A stretch of DNA of 64,000 bases, from assembly GCF_000981445.1 (NCBI RefSeq), contig NW_012237237.1, positions 1-64,000 on the forward strand, read 5' to 3'. Positions within the stretch are counted from its first letter, which is position 1. The number at the start of each line of letters is the position of its first letter. Origin of the DNA: Babesia bigemina (Eukaryota). The notes under the pieces are model-generated. The model saw only the letters and a program-made list of their open reading frames with translations. It did no database searches and had not been told where the DNA came from. Below, piece by piece: positions 1 to 11,061 of this stretch. Both the position numbers and the translations under genes were made by a program.

Positions 1-2
1 TT

Positions 3-3000
3 TCTAATGTCAGTTCCGAAATTGCGGGGAAAGTGAATCAGCATATGACTGATGATGGCGACAAAGTAAAACTTGATTCCGGAAAGTTTGAGAAATATCT
101 TTCGGGAGTTAACACAACTTCCCTAGGTACTAACAAACCAGCCTTAACCGGCGATTCAGGCGAAGGCACCGTACCTGTGACAATCAAGAAGATTGAAAAC
201 GATGTGACTGGCGATGACAACTATCTGAAAGATGTTGAGAACGAAACGACTGCAGATCCAAACAAATTCAACCAAAACACCTTCTCAACACTGCTAGAGG
301 CAGTCACAAACAATCTCGATGCGTTTTGCAAGAACATTATGAAACTGGCTGACGGCACCAAAGGCGGTGCTCCGAACGGCACTGATGGTATAAAGCAAAA
401 GTTGCATAATCTTTCGGAGTTGTTAGGCGACAAACTTGAAGTTGACGTTAGTAGTCATGAGAAAGTGAAAGGACTTGAAAAAACGTATAACGATCTTCTC
501 ACTTTACTTGGTGTTGATTTGAGGAACATTATTGATGCCACCGAAAAATTCATAAATAAGGATGCTCCTGAATTGCAACAGGATTGCGTAGAAGCAATCC
601 ATAACCACGTAAACGTATATTTTGGTTACACCCAATTGTCCCTCACCACCGCCGCCCGCCGCAACTACGTCTCCTCCGTCAAAGCCCTCCTCACCGCGTT
701 CGCGGACAAGGTCAGCCAGGAGTTGCGGGGGTTGCCGGAGGAGATTGAGAGGGATCTGCGGATCGGGTTCAAGGGGTTGATGAAGACGTTGGAGGATGGT
801 AGTACGTCAGCTAAAATTACTGGGAAACAAAATATTAAGAAACTTAGCGATTTAGTAACTGAGCTGACTGGCGGTAGTGTGAACCATAAGACAGCATTCG
901 AAAATTTCTCTGATAAATTCAAAGACTTTGCTGAACCGCTCTTTTTGTATCTTTCCAAGGAAGCACAAAGAGTTCATAGCGAAAATAACGCTAAGAAAAA
1001 TCCTCGAGGCACAGACCTGCAACATTATTCCGATCACATTTCCAAAATTCATGACGCTTTTAATAGCTTGCTCGATGACCTTCACAAAAAGCATAGGTAC
1101 GATTATAAAGTTCATAATTTGCTTGACAATCTTTCCGATGCCGTAAGGCTCCTCGTCCCGAAAGGTTTCGCTCAGCCGAATAGTCCGGTCATTGACGGTC
1201 TCACATCAGGGGTTACTCACTTTGTCGGTGAGCTGGAGAGGGTCTACATCTCCGCGTATGACAGTCAGAAATGCGGTGAACTTATAAAGGACTACAAACA
1301 GGAAGCTACCTTAAGAGGAGTGTTCGAAAAATATGAGTTGACTGAGGAAGGCAGAGACTGTGCGAAGGTCTGCCTCAGTGTCATCCCTATTGTATACAAT
1401 GAGTTGATGGATCTTAAAAATAAATTTGATGACGACGATAATACATGGAAAACGTACAAGATATATAACTCTCTGCAACCCGATCAAAGCCTTCATAAGC
1501 TTTTCTTCGGCGACAACGGTTACGACGTTGGTCTGAGCCATGATGCAAAGCACGGAGAGCTGAACCACAAGGAGCGATATAATGGCCAATGTATTCTTGA
1601 TGTGCTGAATAGTGAGACGCATAAATTGTTTGAAGATAACAAACAGCCTCTCTCCCCAGCCGCTCCAGGTGTCGGAGATTCGGAGGAACCGGAAGTACAC
1701 TTGGTAGATGAGGGTGCTATCGCTAAGTTGTACAATTACCTGAAGAACTACTTCGTCGTCTGTCACCTCATCGGGCACGCCAAATCTAGGCATCCATGCT
1801 CTGTGTACGAGATGCTTTGCTGGCTTACTGGCCTCCCTCACAACACCGCTTACAAGAAGCTGAAGGAACATATTGGCAGCTTGTTCCTGGTGGCTGACAA
1901 AGACAACCCGTCGAAGAAAATTCCTAAGCCAATTCTTACCTCTCACTCCAGTATCACTGCATCCAATGTATTAACAGCGGTAGAAGAAATTTGTGCAACT
2001 TCGTATGCCGTCCTCACCGCAGTAGTTGGCACAGGTGACGCAGCAACGCATTACGCCTGCGAGCTCCCGAATAATTCCTCACGCTTAATCTATCCCACCA
2101 ACGGCGCCGATTGTCTCGATACGCTGCTGGACATACTCCGTCGCATATTCCCCGTACTCCAATTCCTCCATGCTCAATGTCAATTAAAAACCAAGCATTA
2201 TGGTTGGTACAATTGCGAGTACGGTAGAGATATCAGGCCAACCAAATGGCCATGTAACGAGCATACCAAAGAGTCAACCAAAGAGCCAACCAAATGCCTA
2301 CCCAAATCACCCCTTCAATCGTACCTCAATGACTGTCTTCCCGGACATCTTCCGCACCAGCTTAGTTCCATTGGTTGTAAAGCGGAATGTAATACCTGTC
2401 CCAAGAAGCCAGATGGAAGGCCGTGTTTAACACCAATGGGATTCAGAGGTTTTTCGGGTAGTACAAAAACGGGTAAGAATCTATGTAGCGTGCTAAGCAA
2501 ATTCTTCTCTATTCTCCATGTCAATTCGCTGGTCTGCTTAATTCCTAAACCGCCATCTACTCTGTCTGAACATTTCGGTTTCGCGCTATCATTGGTTGAA
2601 GGCTGGCATACGTGGAGAGACACTGGTTCCATAAATCCACTGCAAGCTGCCATGGAAGATCACATAAGCGCAGTATCCATGGAGCTCGTCAAACGAGGTG
2701 ACGCCACCAACGCGTTGCGGTTGGCGTACGGCAGCAATCAGGCAAATCATTTCAAACACGACAAGGACTCCACTGATTTGTGCAGCCTTTCAATGAAAAT
2801 GATATGTTCCGGCAGAAATGCTAATTGCGCTCCGTACATATCCACACTGTGCACATATCTATATGATTATCTTGCATACAAGAATTGCAACCTCTACCTC
2901 TCCTGGGCCATCTACCTCCCGTGGACATTCTGGGATCTGCTCAACAATCTCTACAATGCCTTCTGCTCGATCAACTGCAAGGACTGGGGATGCCGTGGAT

Positions 3001-3476
3001 GTCTCCGCGGTGATAAGTGTAAGAAGGGGGAGCATGGTGTTATCGAAGATGAAAAGAAACCAAATCCAACTTGTCAGTGCAGATCCATCGTCGACTGCAG
3101 AGGCGTCGCACCAACGCTCTACCAGTATGGTTTCGTCTTTGGGGAAGCGTCGACGTTGAATGACAAGCAATCGCCGAAGAAGTGTTCCGATTTCTGTAGT
3201 CAATTGAAGAATGTTTTAAAATCGAAATATTTCGAGAAGCTGTTTGCTGAATGTGACATGTTCTTGTGGAGAATCCGTGAACCATTCTACTACCTTGTCC
3301 TTACCCTCTGGCTCCTCTCTCTGTTGTACCTCCTCCACATCATGGTCGTCCGCCTCGACCTGCTCCACATCAAATCGCATTTACATAGTCCCTCGAGTCA
3401 TAGGATAGCCGCGCAATCGCTACTTGCTGCTGCACGCGTTAACAAACTGGGGAGGGTGTTTTACCTGCAACCATAA
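3..3476 (+). CDS. ves1: ves1/VESA1-like variant erythrocyte surface antigen, copy 1 (5'-partial; class-1 tail, body type A)
   Basis: Frame is open from the window edge. Cys-rich C-terminal half (RHPCSVYEML, SPLQSYLNDCLPGHLPH, TPMGFRGFSGS, WAIYLPWTFW), TM segment and tail RLDLLHIKSHLHSPSSHRIAAQSLLAAARVNKLGRVFYLQP, recognised as Babesia VESA1-like. Confidence 0.85.
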   Translation, partial: SNVSSEIAGKVNQHMTDDGDKVKLDSGKFEKYLSGVNTTSLGTNKPALTGDSGEGTVPVTIKKIENDVTGDDNYLKDVENETTADPNKFNQNTFSTLLEAVTNNLDAFCKNIMKLADGTKGGAPNGTDGIKQKLHNLSELLGDKLEVDVSSHEKVKGLEKTYNDLLTLLGVDLRNIIDATEKFINKDAPELQQDCVEAIHNHVNVYFGYTQLSLTTAARRNYVSSVKALLTAFADKVSQELRGLPEEIERDLRIGFKGLMKTLEDGSTSAKITGKQNIKKLSDLVTELTGGSVNHKTAFENFSDKFKDFAEPLFLYLSKEAQRVHSENNAKKNPRGTDLQHYSDHISKIHDAFNSLLDDLHKKHRYDYKVHNLLDNLSDAVRLLVPKGFAQPNSPVIDGLTSGVTHFVGELERVYISAYDSQKCGELIKDYKQEATLRGVFEKYELTEEGRDCAKVCLSVIPIVYNELMDLKNKFDDDDNTWKTYKIYNSLQPDQSLHKLFFGDNGYDVGLSHDAKHGELNHKERYNGQCILDVLNSETHKLFEDNKQPLSPAAPGVGDSEEPEVHLVDEGAIAKLYNYLKNYFVVCHLIGHAKSRHPCSVYEMLCWLTGLPHNTAYKKLKEHIGSLFLVADKDNPSKKIPKPILTSHSSITASNVLTAVEEICATSYAVLTAVVGTGDAATHYACELPNNSSRLIYPTNGADCLDTLLDILRRIFPVLQFLHAQCQLKTKHYGWYNCEYGRDIRPTKWPCNEHTKESTKEPTKCLPKSPLQSYLNDCLPGHLPHQLSSIGCKAECNTCPKKPDGRPCLTPMGFRGFSGSTKTGKNLCSVLSKFFSILHVNSLVCLIPKPPSTLSEHFGFALSLVEGWHTWRDTGSINPLQAAMEDHISAVSMELVKRGDATNALRLAYGSNQANHFKHDKDSTDLCSLSMKMICSGRNANCAPYISTLCTYLYDYLAYKNCNLYLSWAIYLPWTFWDLLNNLYNAFCSINCKDWGCRGCLRGDKCKKGEHGVIEDEKKPNPTCQCRSIVDCRGVAPTLYQYGFVFGEASTLNDKQSPKKCSDFCSQLKNVLKSKYFEKLFAECDMFLWRIREPFYYLVLTLWLLSLLYLLHIMVVRLDLLHIKSHLHSPSSHRIAAQSLLAAARVNKLGRVFYLQP

Positions 3477-3600
3477 TCGTACTCACGTGTTTAATGTCTG
3501 CACTCACCTAGCATCACCTACTCACCTATAAAAAAGTAATTGTTGTCTAATGTTTTGGATCACTCATTAATCGTTGTATGTGATTGTGTAGTACATAGCT

Positions 3601-5790
3601 AATGTGGTGACTAACGTGCTGATCTAATTGCTAACCAATGCCATGACCAACGTGGTGACCAATGCCGTAACCTAAGTGCTGACCTAAGGGCTGACCAAGT
3701 TGATGGTCACGGCAGCGATGACATGGTCACGGCAGCGATGACATGGTCACAAGTGGTGATTATTATCCACTCTACATCGCCCCTTATCCACTCTTCATCG
3801 CTCCTTTATCCACCCTACATCGCTCCTCTATCCGCTCTACATCGCTCCTTTACCCACTCTACATCGCCCCTTTACCCACTCTACATCGCCCCTTTATCCA
3901 CCTTACATCGCCCCTTAACCCACTCTACATCGCTCCTTTATCCACTCTACATCGCTCCTTATCCACTCTACATCGCCCCTTTATCCACCCAATATCGCCC
4001 CTTTATCCACCCAATATCGCCCCTTTATCCACTCTACATCGCCCCTTTACCCACTCTACATCACCCCTTTAACCCACTCTACATCGCCCCTTAACCCACT
4101 CTACATCGCCCCTTAACCCACTCTACATCGCCCCTTTACCCACCCTACATCGCTTCCTAACGCACTCTACATCGCTCCTTAACCCACTCCATATCGCCCC
4201 CTAACCCACTCTACATCGCTACCTAACCCACTCTACATAGCTCCCTAATCCACTCTACATCGCTCCTTTAACCACTCTACATCGCCCCTTAACCCACTCC
4301 ACATCGCCCCTTTGTCCACTCTACATCGCCCCTTAAAGCACTCTACATCGCCCCTTTACCCACTCTACATCGCTCCTTAACCCACTCTACATCGCTCTTT
4401 ACCCACTCTACATCGCTCCACCTTACATCGCCCCTTTATCCACTCTGCATCGCCCCTTAACCCACTCTACATCGCCCCTTAACCCACTCTACATCGCCCC
4501 TTAACCCACTCTACATCGCCCCTTAACCCACACCACACCGCTCCCTAACCCACTCTACATCGCTCCCTAACCCACTCTACATCGCCCCTTAACCCACTCT
4601 ACATCGCTCCTTAATCCACTCCACATCCCTCCCTTACCCACTCTACATCGCTCCCTAACCCACTCCACATCGCTCCCTAACCCACTCTACATCGCTCCCT
4701 AACCCACTCTACATCGCTCCCTAATCAACTCTACATCGCCCCTTTACCCACTCCACATCGCTCCCTAACCTACTCTTCATCGCCCCTTTATCGACTCCAC
4801 ATCGCTCCTCTATCCACTCTACATCGCCCCTTTATCCACTCTACATCGCCCCTTTATCCACTCTACATCGCTCCTTAACCCACTCCACATCGCCCCTTAA
4901 CCCACCTTACATCGCCCCTTTATCCACTCCACATCGCCCCTTTACCCACTCTACATCGCCCCTTTACCCACTCCACATCGCCCCTTTATCCACTCTACAT
5001 CGCTCCCTAACCCACTCTACATCGCCCCTTAACCCACTCTACATCGCTTCCTAACCCACTCCACATCGCTCCCTAACCCACTCTACATCGCTCCCTAACC
5101 CACCTTACATCGCTCCCTAATCCACTCTACATCGCTCCTTTATCCACTCTACATCGCTCCCTAACCCACTCCACATCGCCCCTTACCCACTCTACATCGC
5201 TCCCTAACCCACTCTACATCGCTCCCTAACCCACCCTACATCGCTCCTCTATCCACTCGACATCGCCCCTTAACCCACTCTACATCGCCCCTCAACCCAC
5301 TCTACATCGCCCCTTAACCCACTCTACATCGTTCCTTTATCCACTCCACATCGCTCCCTTACCCACTCTACATCGCCCCTTTATCCACTCTACATCGCCC
5401 CTTTATCCACTCTACATCGCCCCTTTACCCACTCCACATCGCTCCCTAACCCACTCCACATCGCCCCTTTACCCACTCCACATCGCCCCTTTACCCACTC
5501 CACATCGCCCCTTAACTCACTCTACATCGCTCCCTAACCCACTCTACATCGCCCCTTTACCCACTCTACATCGCTCCTTTATCCACTCCACATCGCCCCT
5601 TTATCCACTCTTCATCGCTCCTTAACCCACCTTTAATCGCCCCTTTACCCACTCTAGATCGCCCCTTTACCCACTCTACATCGCCCCTTTACCCATTCTA
5701 CATCGCTCCCTAATCCACTCTACATCGCTTTCTAAGCCACTCCACATCGCCCCTTTATCCACTCTACATCGCCCCTTATCCACTCTACAT
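3601..5790. repeat. Composite spacer 1: 12-mer (GTGCTGACCAAT-like, ~3601-3698), 20-mer (GACATGGTCACGGCAGCGAT, ~3703-3750), 22-mer (CCACTCTACATCGCYCCTWWAY, ~3767-5790)
   Basis: Tandem repeats read directly from the sequence. Confidence 0.95.
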
Positions 5791-5942
5791 CCCTCGAATC
5801 ACCTCGCCATAATGCCGCTATGACCTCCATTAGCCATAGCAATAACTTGTGCCTTGTCACCCTTCCCTTCCCCTCTTCCACCTCTTGCCACTGCCCTGAC
5901 CATGTGCCGCCTAGGGAGCTTGGCAAGAAATTTGACTAAATT

Positions 5943-8900
5943 TTGAACCCTAAAATTACCTCTAATAACAACCCTACTAACATCCTTAATAACCTCTGCA
6001 CCGGCCTCGAAACCTTCCTCGGCTTCAACTCTGAGACCAAAGGCTACGACGGCTCTGGGATTGTGTACTCCGACTTGGACAGGCTGTGTGACGGGGTGAT
6101 GGGATTTTTGTATGGTGTGCTTGGTGCGGTGAAAAACGAAAATGAAGTGACAACTTATGATAAATACATCACTCCAGATGAGAAAAAGCTTCAAAATGTA
6201 CTTAACACCTTAAATAAACAAGTTGGCTCCGGGCGTGATGGGCTTGCGGTGTCTGTCGCGGAGGTGAAGAGGTGGTTGGAGGGGTATGATAATCAAATCA
6301 GATGGTTGACGTATAATGTTGCAAATGATATATTATCGCTTCAATACGATATAGCAGGTAAGTATATTAATGACATTCATGCTACGCAGGAACTGGGAGA
6401 GCAGCTGAAGCAGTGGATTGGGGTTCTACAGGACATTGCTCACCGTATAGATTATACACTCACCGAACATGCTAATTTGTTAGACATTGTATTGAGTCGC
6501 AGTGTGATACGTGAAATAGATGTAGTTTACAAATCTGTACAGATGCTGAAGACTAGTGCTGAGGAGAAAGCTTTCGCCGCTCAGGTATTGAGAGTGGATG
6601 CTGAATTGGTGAGACTCAGAGTCGGTGTTCAAACATCAATTGACGGAAAATGTAATGAGCTTAAGGATACGTTGCAAAATGGTTTTACAGAGATTAATAC
6701 GAAACTTCTCAAATTGCGACGGGACAAAACGCACCAAATTGAACGTATCACGGAGTCTCTGAAGGCGGCAAGAGAATTGCTTGGTGAGCAAGGAGATAAC
6801 TTCAATAACAATTATAAAAGCGTTATTAGTGCACATTTCGAGACTGTAAAGAAAGCTGTCGAGTCTGTTCACGAAGATATAGTCACGAAAAAAAAAGCAC
6901 TTGCGAGGTACGTAGAGGAGGTGGAGATGTATTTTTGGTATGTTGAGGAATTGGTTGGCGATGGAAAGCAAAATAGTGGTATAGTGGGAACAAATTGGGG
7001 TGAACTCAAAAATACGATAACAGGGCTTGTCGATAAGCTGACAAATGGAAGAAATCCTCGAACTCCTGGGAATTTAGATGCAATTGTAAAAGGAGTGCAG
7101 GAGTATACTGCGAAGTTCACCGAAAAGAATTTGGGGATGAACTTGGAGGGGTGGATGTTGGACATATACTCAGCCGAATCCGTGAGTGAGCATATAACTG
7201 CATATGCTGGTTATCTAAATGCTCATAAGGTTCAATCAGGCATAACGAATTATCTTAAAAGTATTACGAATGCGATTGCCATAAAAACCAAATCTAACGA
7301 AACAGCTGAAGATCATCTAAAGCATATCAATACATTTTTTGCCCAACTCGCCGAAAAAGTGAGCCCACGTCATGCGGGCGAGATGGCCATGGCGATAGAT
7401 GGACAATTGAAGGCGCAACGTAATCATGGCATTAGCGCTGATAAATCTTTGCTTGAACCTGCGGTTAAGAATGTCTTGCAGTTCCTGCTTTCTGTAGTGA
7501 AGCGACTCAGAGACGAACTTCAAGGGTTTACCAGCGACAAGACTGGTATAAGTAAATACAACCTTGGGAAGAATGTTCAAGATGCATTAAAAACAATCGA
7601 GTCTATAAGAGTGCAATTTGATGACAGAAATGATGATAAACTAACTCACAGTTTACCAGACTACGGCGCCAATATTGACAAAGCTTTGGGAACGGTGAAA
7701 GAGAAAATAGGTAAACTCGATAAAATGTTAGCACAGCATGGAGGTGCTCTAAAATCGAAGGTCAACGAAATTTCGAGCGACATTCTTTCCAAAATTCGTG
7801 GCATTAAAAACTCACAGCAGGAAGGTGGCGTAATTGAAACGGAAAAACATAAGGCTGAATGCCTGATGGATGGGTTACGGTATGAGGTCGAAAACAAAAT
7901 TATCCTCTGTTATGAAGTAGTAAAAAATGCAGGTGACGCACTGTCGGATCACATAGAAGATCTACGAAAATCAGTCGAAAGCGCCTACAATAAATCATTA
8001 AAACATCTCTCGGCCGTAAAAAGTTTCCTCATCCAAAAGGTTCAAAGATCCTACTCCCAAGTTACGTCCGAAGTAAGAAAATTGTTTGCGGATCAAAGGA
8101 TGGCAGAATTGGAAGCCCTGCACAAATGCGTAGAAACGCAGCTAACGGCGGTGAAGGAGATTATTGATGTCGATTCTAGAAGCGGAATTAAATGTCTTCT
8201 AAAGGTTATGAATGACAAATCTACATTGGAGTCTTGGGGAGAATCATTGCCTCAGCCGGCACCTACGGGGGAAGCGTACCGTAAGACGTTAGCACAAACT
8301 GCGAAACAATTTAAAAAATACGTTGACAATATACAGGTTAACATCCAGTATCAACTTGTATGCCCCGGTAATCCCATTGACGAAATGTCTAAATTATCCG
8401 ATATTGAAAAAGATTTTGATAAATTGTTTTATTACCTAAAAGATGATGAAACGACGAAACATGCTCGAAAATACCTCTATGACACTAAGTTCTCCTCCCT
8501 CCTCACCACCCTCTCCACCTCCCTCTCTGCTCTCCACCCCTCCGCCTTCGCCAACCCCCGCCACCCGGAGCTGCTCGATGCGGTCAAACAGGGGCTGCAG
8601 GGGTTTGTGGGCGAGATGGAGCGGGTGTATGTGAACAGGTATGATGGAGGGGATAAAATTAAAAGATGGACGCATAAAGAAACTGGAGATGTAGAATTAA
8701 CGGCTGATGGCCGAAATGGCGCAAAAGTATTTGTTAGCATACTAACGATACTGTATGAGAGTGTTATGAATTTGGGAGAAGAGTGTAAGTCCGCTGAATT
8801 CCAAGCAATATATACGTCAAAGGAGAATAATAAAAACGTACTTGGTGATTTCCTTAGTGGTTGCGGCTACACGGTCTCCAAGTCCTATAATTCCCACGAA

Positions 8901-10937
8901 GGGCATTTGAGGAATGAGCAAGATTGTTCGGGTACGTTCATATATAGAACGCTGCTGAACAAAGAAGTAAATGGTTCGCAGAATGTTGAACACGTTAAAA
9001 CATGGAAGCAAGAGATGAAGAAAGAGAATAAGTTCACTCATCCTCGTGATGCTGACGACACCAAGATAACTCTCCTCGACATGCTTGATTATCTTTTCGA
9101 GAAGCTGGAGAAATACAACGACGTATGCCATCTGTCAACTTTAACTGCAACACGACAACCGTGTTCCGTCTACGAAATGTTGGTCTGGCTCTCCGGTCTC
9201 CCGCATAGTCCCGTGCATAAACCTAAGCTAGACCTAACCGTCCTCCAAGTGATAGCAGACATCAATAAACATGAGAACGATGCTGCTGACAATGAGGGCG
9301 ATATGGAAATTACAGTCGAAATGGGTGACTCCCCCAGCGTTTCATTGGCCACGCCCAAAGATACTACCGTAGCTGCCTATCCAGAAAACGTGCTGTATGC
9401 TGATATACGAGAAGCCATAACGCACGTATGCGCTACTGCCTACGATGTATTAATCACAATTGCCGGTCACGGCGACGCATATACAACGTATTCGGGTGAC
9501 TACTCCAACAACTCCATGAGGTTCTACTACCCTGCCTCGGGAGAAGACTGCCTCGATATGCTACTGGACATCCTTCGACGGCTGCTGCCAACATTACAAT
9601 TTTTGAAAACCCAGTGCGAAAATAGTACCAGTAACAACGGTTGGCGCAGCTGCAAGTACGGCAAAGAGATCAAGACGGCCAAATGGCCCTGTACCGAGCA
9701 CTCAAGCGACGACTCAAACACCGACCCAAATTGCCAACCAACGTCGCCCCTTCAGTCCTACTTGAATGACTGCTTACCGGGCAATATTCCGCATCTGCTT
9801 ACTTCTATTGGCTGCAAAGCAAAGTGTGACAGTTGTCCCACTGTTAAACGTGGAATGCCTTGTCTAACTCCCCTAGGCTTCAGGGGATTCTCCGGTTATA
9901 CGAAGACGGGTAGAGACTTGTGTCACATACTCACCAAATTCCTTGGTAATGAGCACGTTGGAGGCCTATTCTGTTTACTGCCCAAGCCGCCCAAGACGTT
10001 GCCGGAGCATTTCCAATTCGCCTTGTCGCTGGTTAAGGGATGGGTTAGTACTGCTAACATAACAAAGCACGTTAAAAATAAATTCAGTTTCCAGACACGT
10101 TTCCAATCCAGCTTCGAGACATCCATCGAGAAGCTATCAGTTGAGCTATGTAAGTCCCCTTCCGTTTTAACCAATGCATTGGCAAGCGCATACGGTTCGG
10201 AGTCCGGTGTGCATCTATCATGTCAGGATAATCACATTGTGAATCTTACAAGTCACGAAATATGTATCAACGACAGCAAGGATGTGAGATGCGCTCCTTA
10301 TCTCACCGCTCTATGCAAAGATACATATCATTATCTTGTTCACAATCACACCGACCTCTACGTGTCCTGGTCCGTGTATCTTCCCTGGGATTTCTGGAAT
10401 TGCCTAAACAATTTTTACAAAGACTTATGCGACATCTTCTGTCAGGACTGGGGTTGTCAAAAATGCCTCCGCGGTGACATTTGTAAAAAGGGATCACACG
10501 CCTCCGTTGATGAGAAAAGTGGAATTCCTCATTGCCGCTGCCAATCTATAGTCAGCTGTAAAGGCGTATCACCTACGTTATACAGATATGGATTTGCGTT
10601 TGCTGATGCGTCTAGCCTGACTAAATCGAAATTTGAGAAAAAATGTTCAGATTTCTGCAAACATCTGTATGATATCCTTCATTCACAGTATTTCAAAAAC
10701 GTGTTCAAAATCTGCGACGAATTCATTTTCACCATCAGACAACCTTTCATCTGGCTCAACGTCGCCTTCTGGCTCCTCTCCTTCCTCTACCTCCTCCACA
10801 TCATGGTCATCCGCCTCGACCTGCTCCACATCAAATCGCATCTGCATAGTCCCTCATCACATCGTATTGCTGCGCAATCACTACTTGCTGCTGGACGTGT
10901 TAACAAGCTTAACAGGGTGTTTTACCTGCAACCATAA
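5943..10937 (+). CDS. ves1: ves1-like copy 2 (class-1 tail, body type A); leader from ATG 5820 interrupted by TAA 5937-5939, possible silent cassette
   Basis: 1664-codon ORF with NLCTGLETFLGF...YSDLDRLCDGVMGFL near the N-terminus, Cys-rich domain, TM and NRVFYLQP tail. Confidence 0.85.
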   Translation: MNPKITSNNNPTNILNNLCTGLETFLGFNSETKGYDGSGIVYSDLDRLCDGVMGFLYGVLGAVKNENEVTTYDKYITPDEKKLQNVLNTLNKQVGSGRDGLAVSVAEVKRWLEGYDNQIRWLTYNVANDILSLQYDIAGKYINDIHATQELGEQLKQWIGVLQDIAHRIDYTLTEHANLLDIVLSRSVIREIDVVYKSVQMLKTSAEEKAFAAQVLRVDAELVRLRVGVQTSIDGKCNELKDTLQNGFTEINTKLLKLRRDKTHQIERITESLKAARELLGEQGDNFNNNYKSVISAHFETVKKAVESVHEDIVTKKKALARYVEEVEMYFWYVEELVGDGKQNSGIVGTNWGELKNTITGLVDKLTNGRNPRTPGNLDAIVKGVQEYTAKFTEKNLGMNLEGWMLDIYSAESVSEHITAYAGYLNAHKVQSGITNYLKSITNAIAIKTKSNETAEDHLKHINTFFAQLAEKVSPRHAGEMAMAIDGQLKAQRNHGISADKSLLEPAVKNVLQFLLSVVKRLRDELQGFTSDKTGISKYNLGKNVQDALKTIESIRVQFDDRNDDKLTHSLPDYGANIDKALGTVKEKIGKLDKMLAQHGGALKSKVNEISSDILSKIRGIKNSQQEGGVIETEKHKAECLMDGLRYEVENKIILCYEVVKNAGDALSDHIEDLRKSVESAYNKSLKHLSAVKSFLIQKVQRSYSQVTSEVRKLFADQRMAELEALHKCVETQLTAVKEIIDVDSRSGIKCLLKVMNDKSTLESWGESLPQPAPTGEAYRKTLAQTAKQFKKYVDNIQVNIQYQLVCPGNPIDEMSKLSDIEKDFDKLFYYLKDDETTKHARKYLYDTKFSSLLTTLSTSLSALHPSAFANPRHPELLDAVKQGLQGFVGEMERVYVNRYDGGDKIKRWTHKETGDVELTADGRNGAKVFVSILTILYESVMNLGEECKSAEFQAIYTSKENNKNVLGDFLSGCGYTVSKSYNSHEGHLRNEQDCSGTFIYRTLLNKEVNGSQNVEHVKTWKQEMKKENKFTHPRDADDTKITLLDMLDYLFEKLEKYNDVCHLSTLTATRQPCSVYEMLVWLSGLPHSPVHKPKLDLTVLQVIADINKHENDAADNEGDMEITVEMGDSPSVSLATPKDTTVAAYPENVLYADIREAITHVCATAYDVLITIAGHGDAYTTYSGDYSNNSMRFYYPASGEDCLDMLLDILRRLLPTLQFLKTQCENSTSNNGWRSCKYGKEIKTAKWPCTEHSSDDSNTDPNCQPTSPLQSYLNDCLPGNIPHLLTSIGCKAKCDSCPTVKRGMPCLTPLGFRGFSGYTKTGRDLCHILTKFLGNEHVGGLFCLLPKPPKTLPEHFQFALSLVKGWVSTANITKHVKNKFSFQTRFQSSFETSIEKLSVELCKSPSVLTNALASAYGSESGVHLSCQDNHIVNLTSHEICINDSKDVRCAPYLTALCKDTYHYLVHNHTDLYVSWSVYLPWDFWNCLNNFYKDLCDIFCQDWGCQKCLRGDICKKGSHASVDEKSGIPHCRCQSIVSCKGVSPTLYRYGFAFADASSLTKSKFEKKCSDFCKHLYDILHSQYFKNVFKICDEFIFTIRQPFIWLNVAFWLLSFLYLLHIMVIRLDLLHIKSHLHSPSSHRIAAQSLLAAGRVNKLNRVFYLQP

Positions 10938-11061
10938 TCGTACTCACGTGTTCACCATCTACACTCACCTAGCATATCACCTACTCACCTAACTTATGAA
11001 TTGTGCTTTAATCTGTTGTATCACTCATTAATCGTTGTATGTGATTGTGTAATAGTTAACT

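Noticed and set aside
3601..5790. CRISPR-like appearance of the 20-24 bp repeats
   Set aside because: Units are contiguous with no unique spacers, there are no cas genes, and the context is eukaryotic
5975..6040. TACTAAC branch-point-like motif after the leader stop, followed by a downstream AG
   Set aside because: Explained by Pro-Thr-Asn codons; splicing there would remove the conserved NLCxGLE motif, and copy 6 lacks it
5943..10937. Bacterial Ebh/SMC/myosin-like identity for the long helical N-terminal halves
   Set aside because: Generic coiled-coil composition; the Cys domain, TM and tail identify a VESA1-like family
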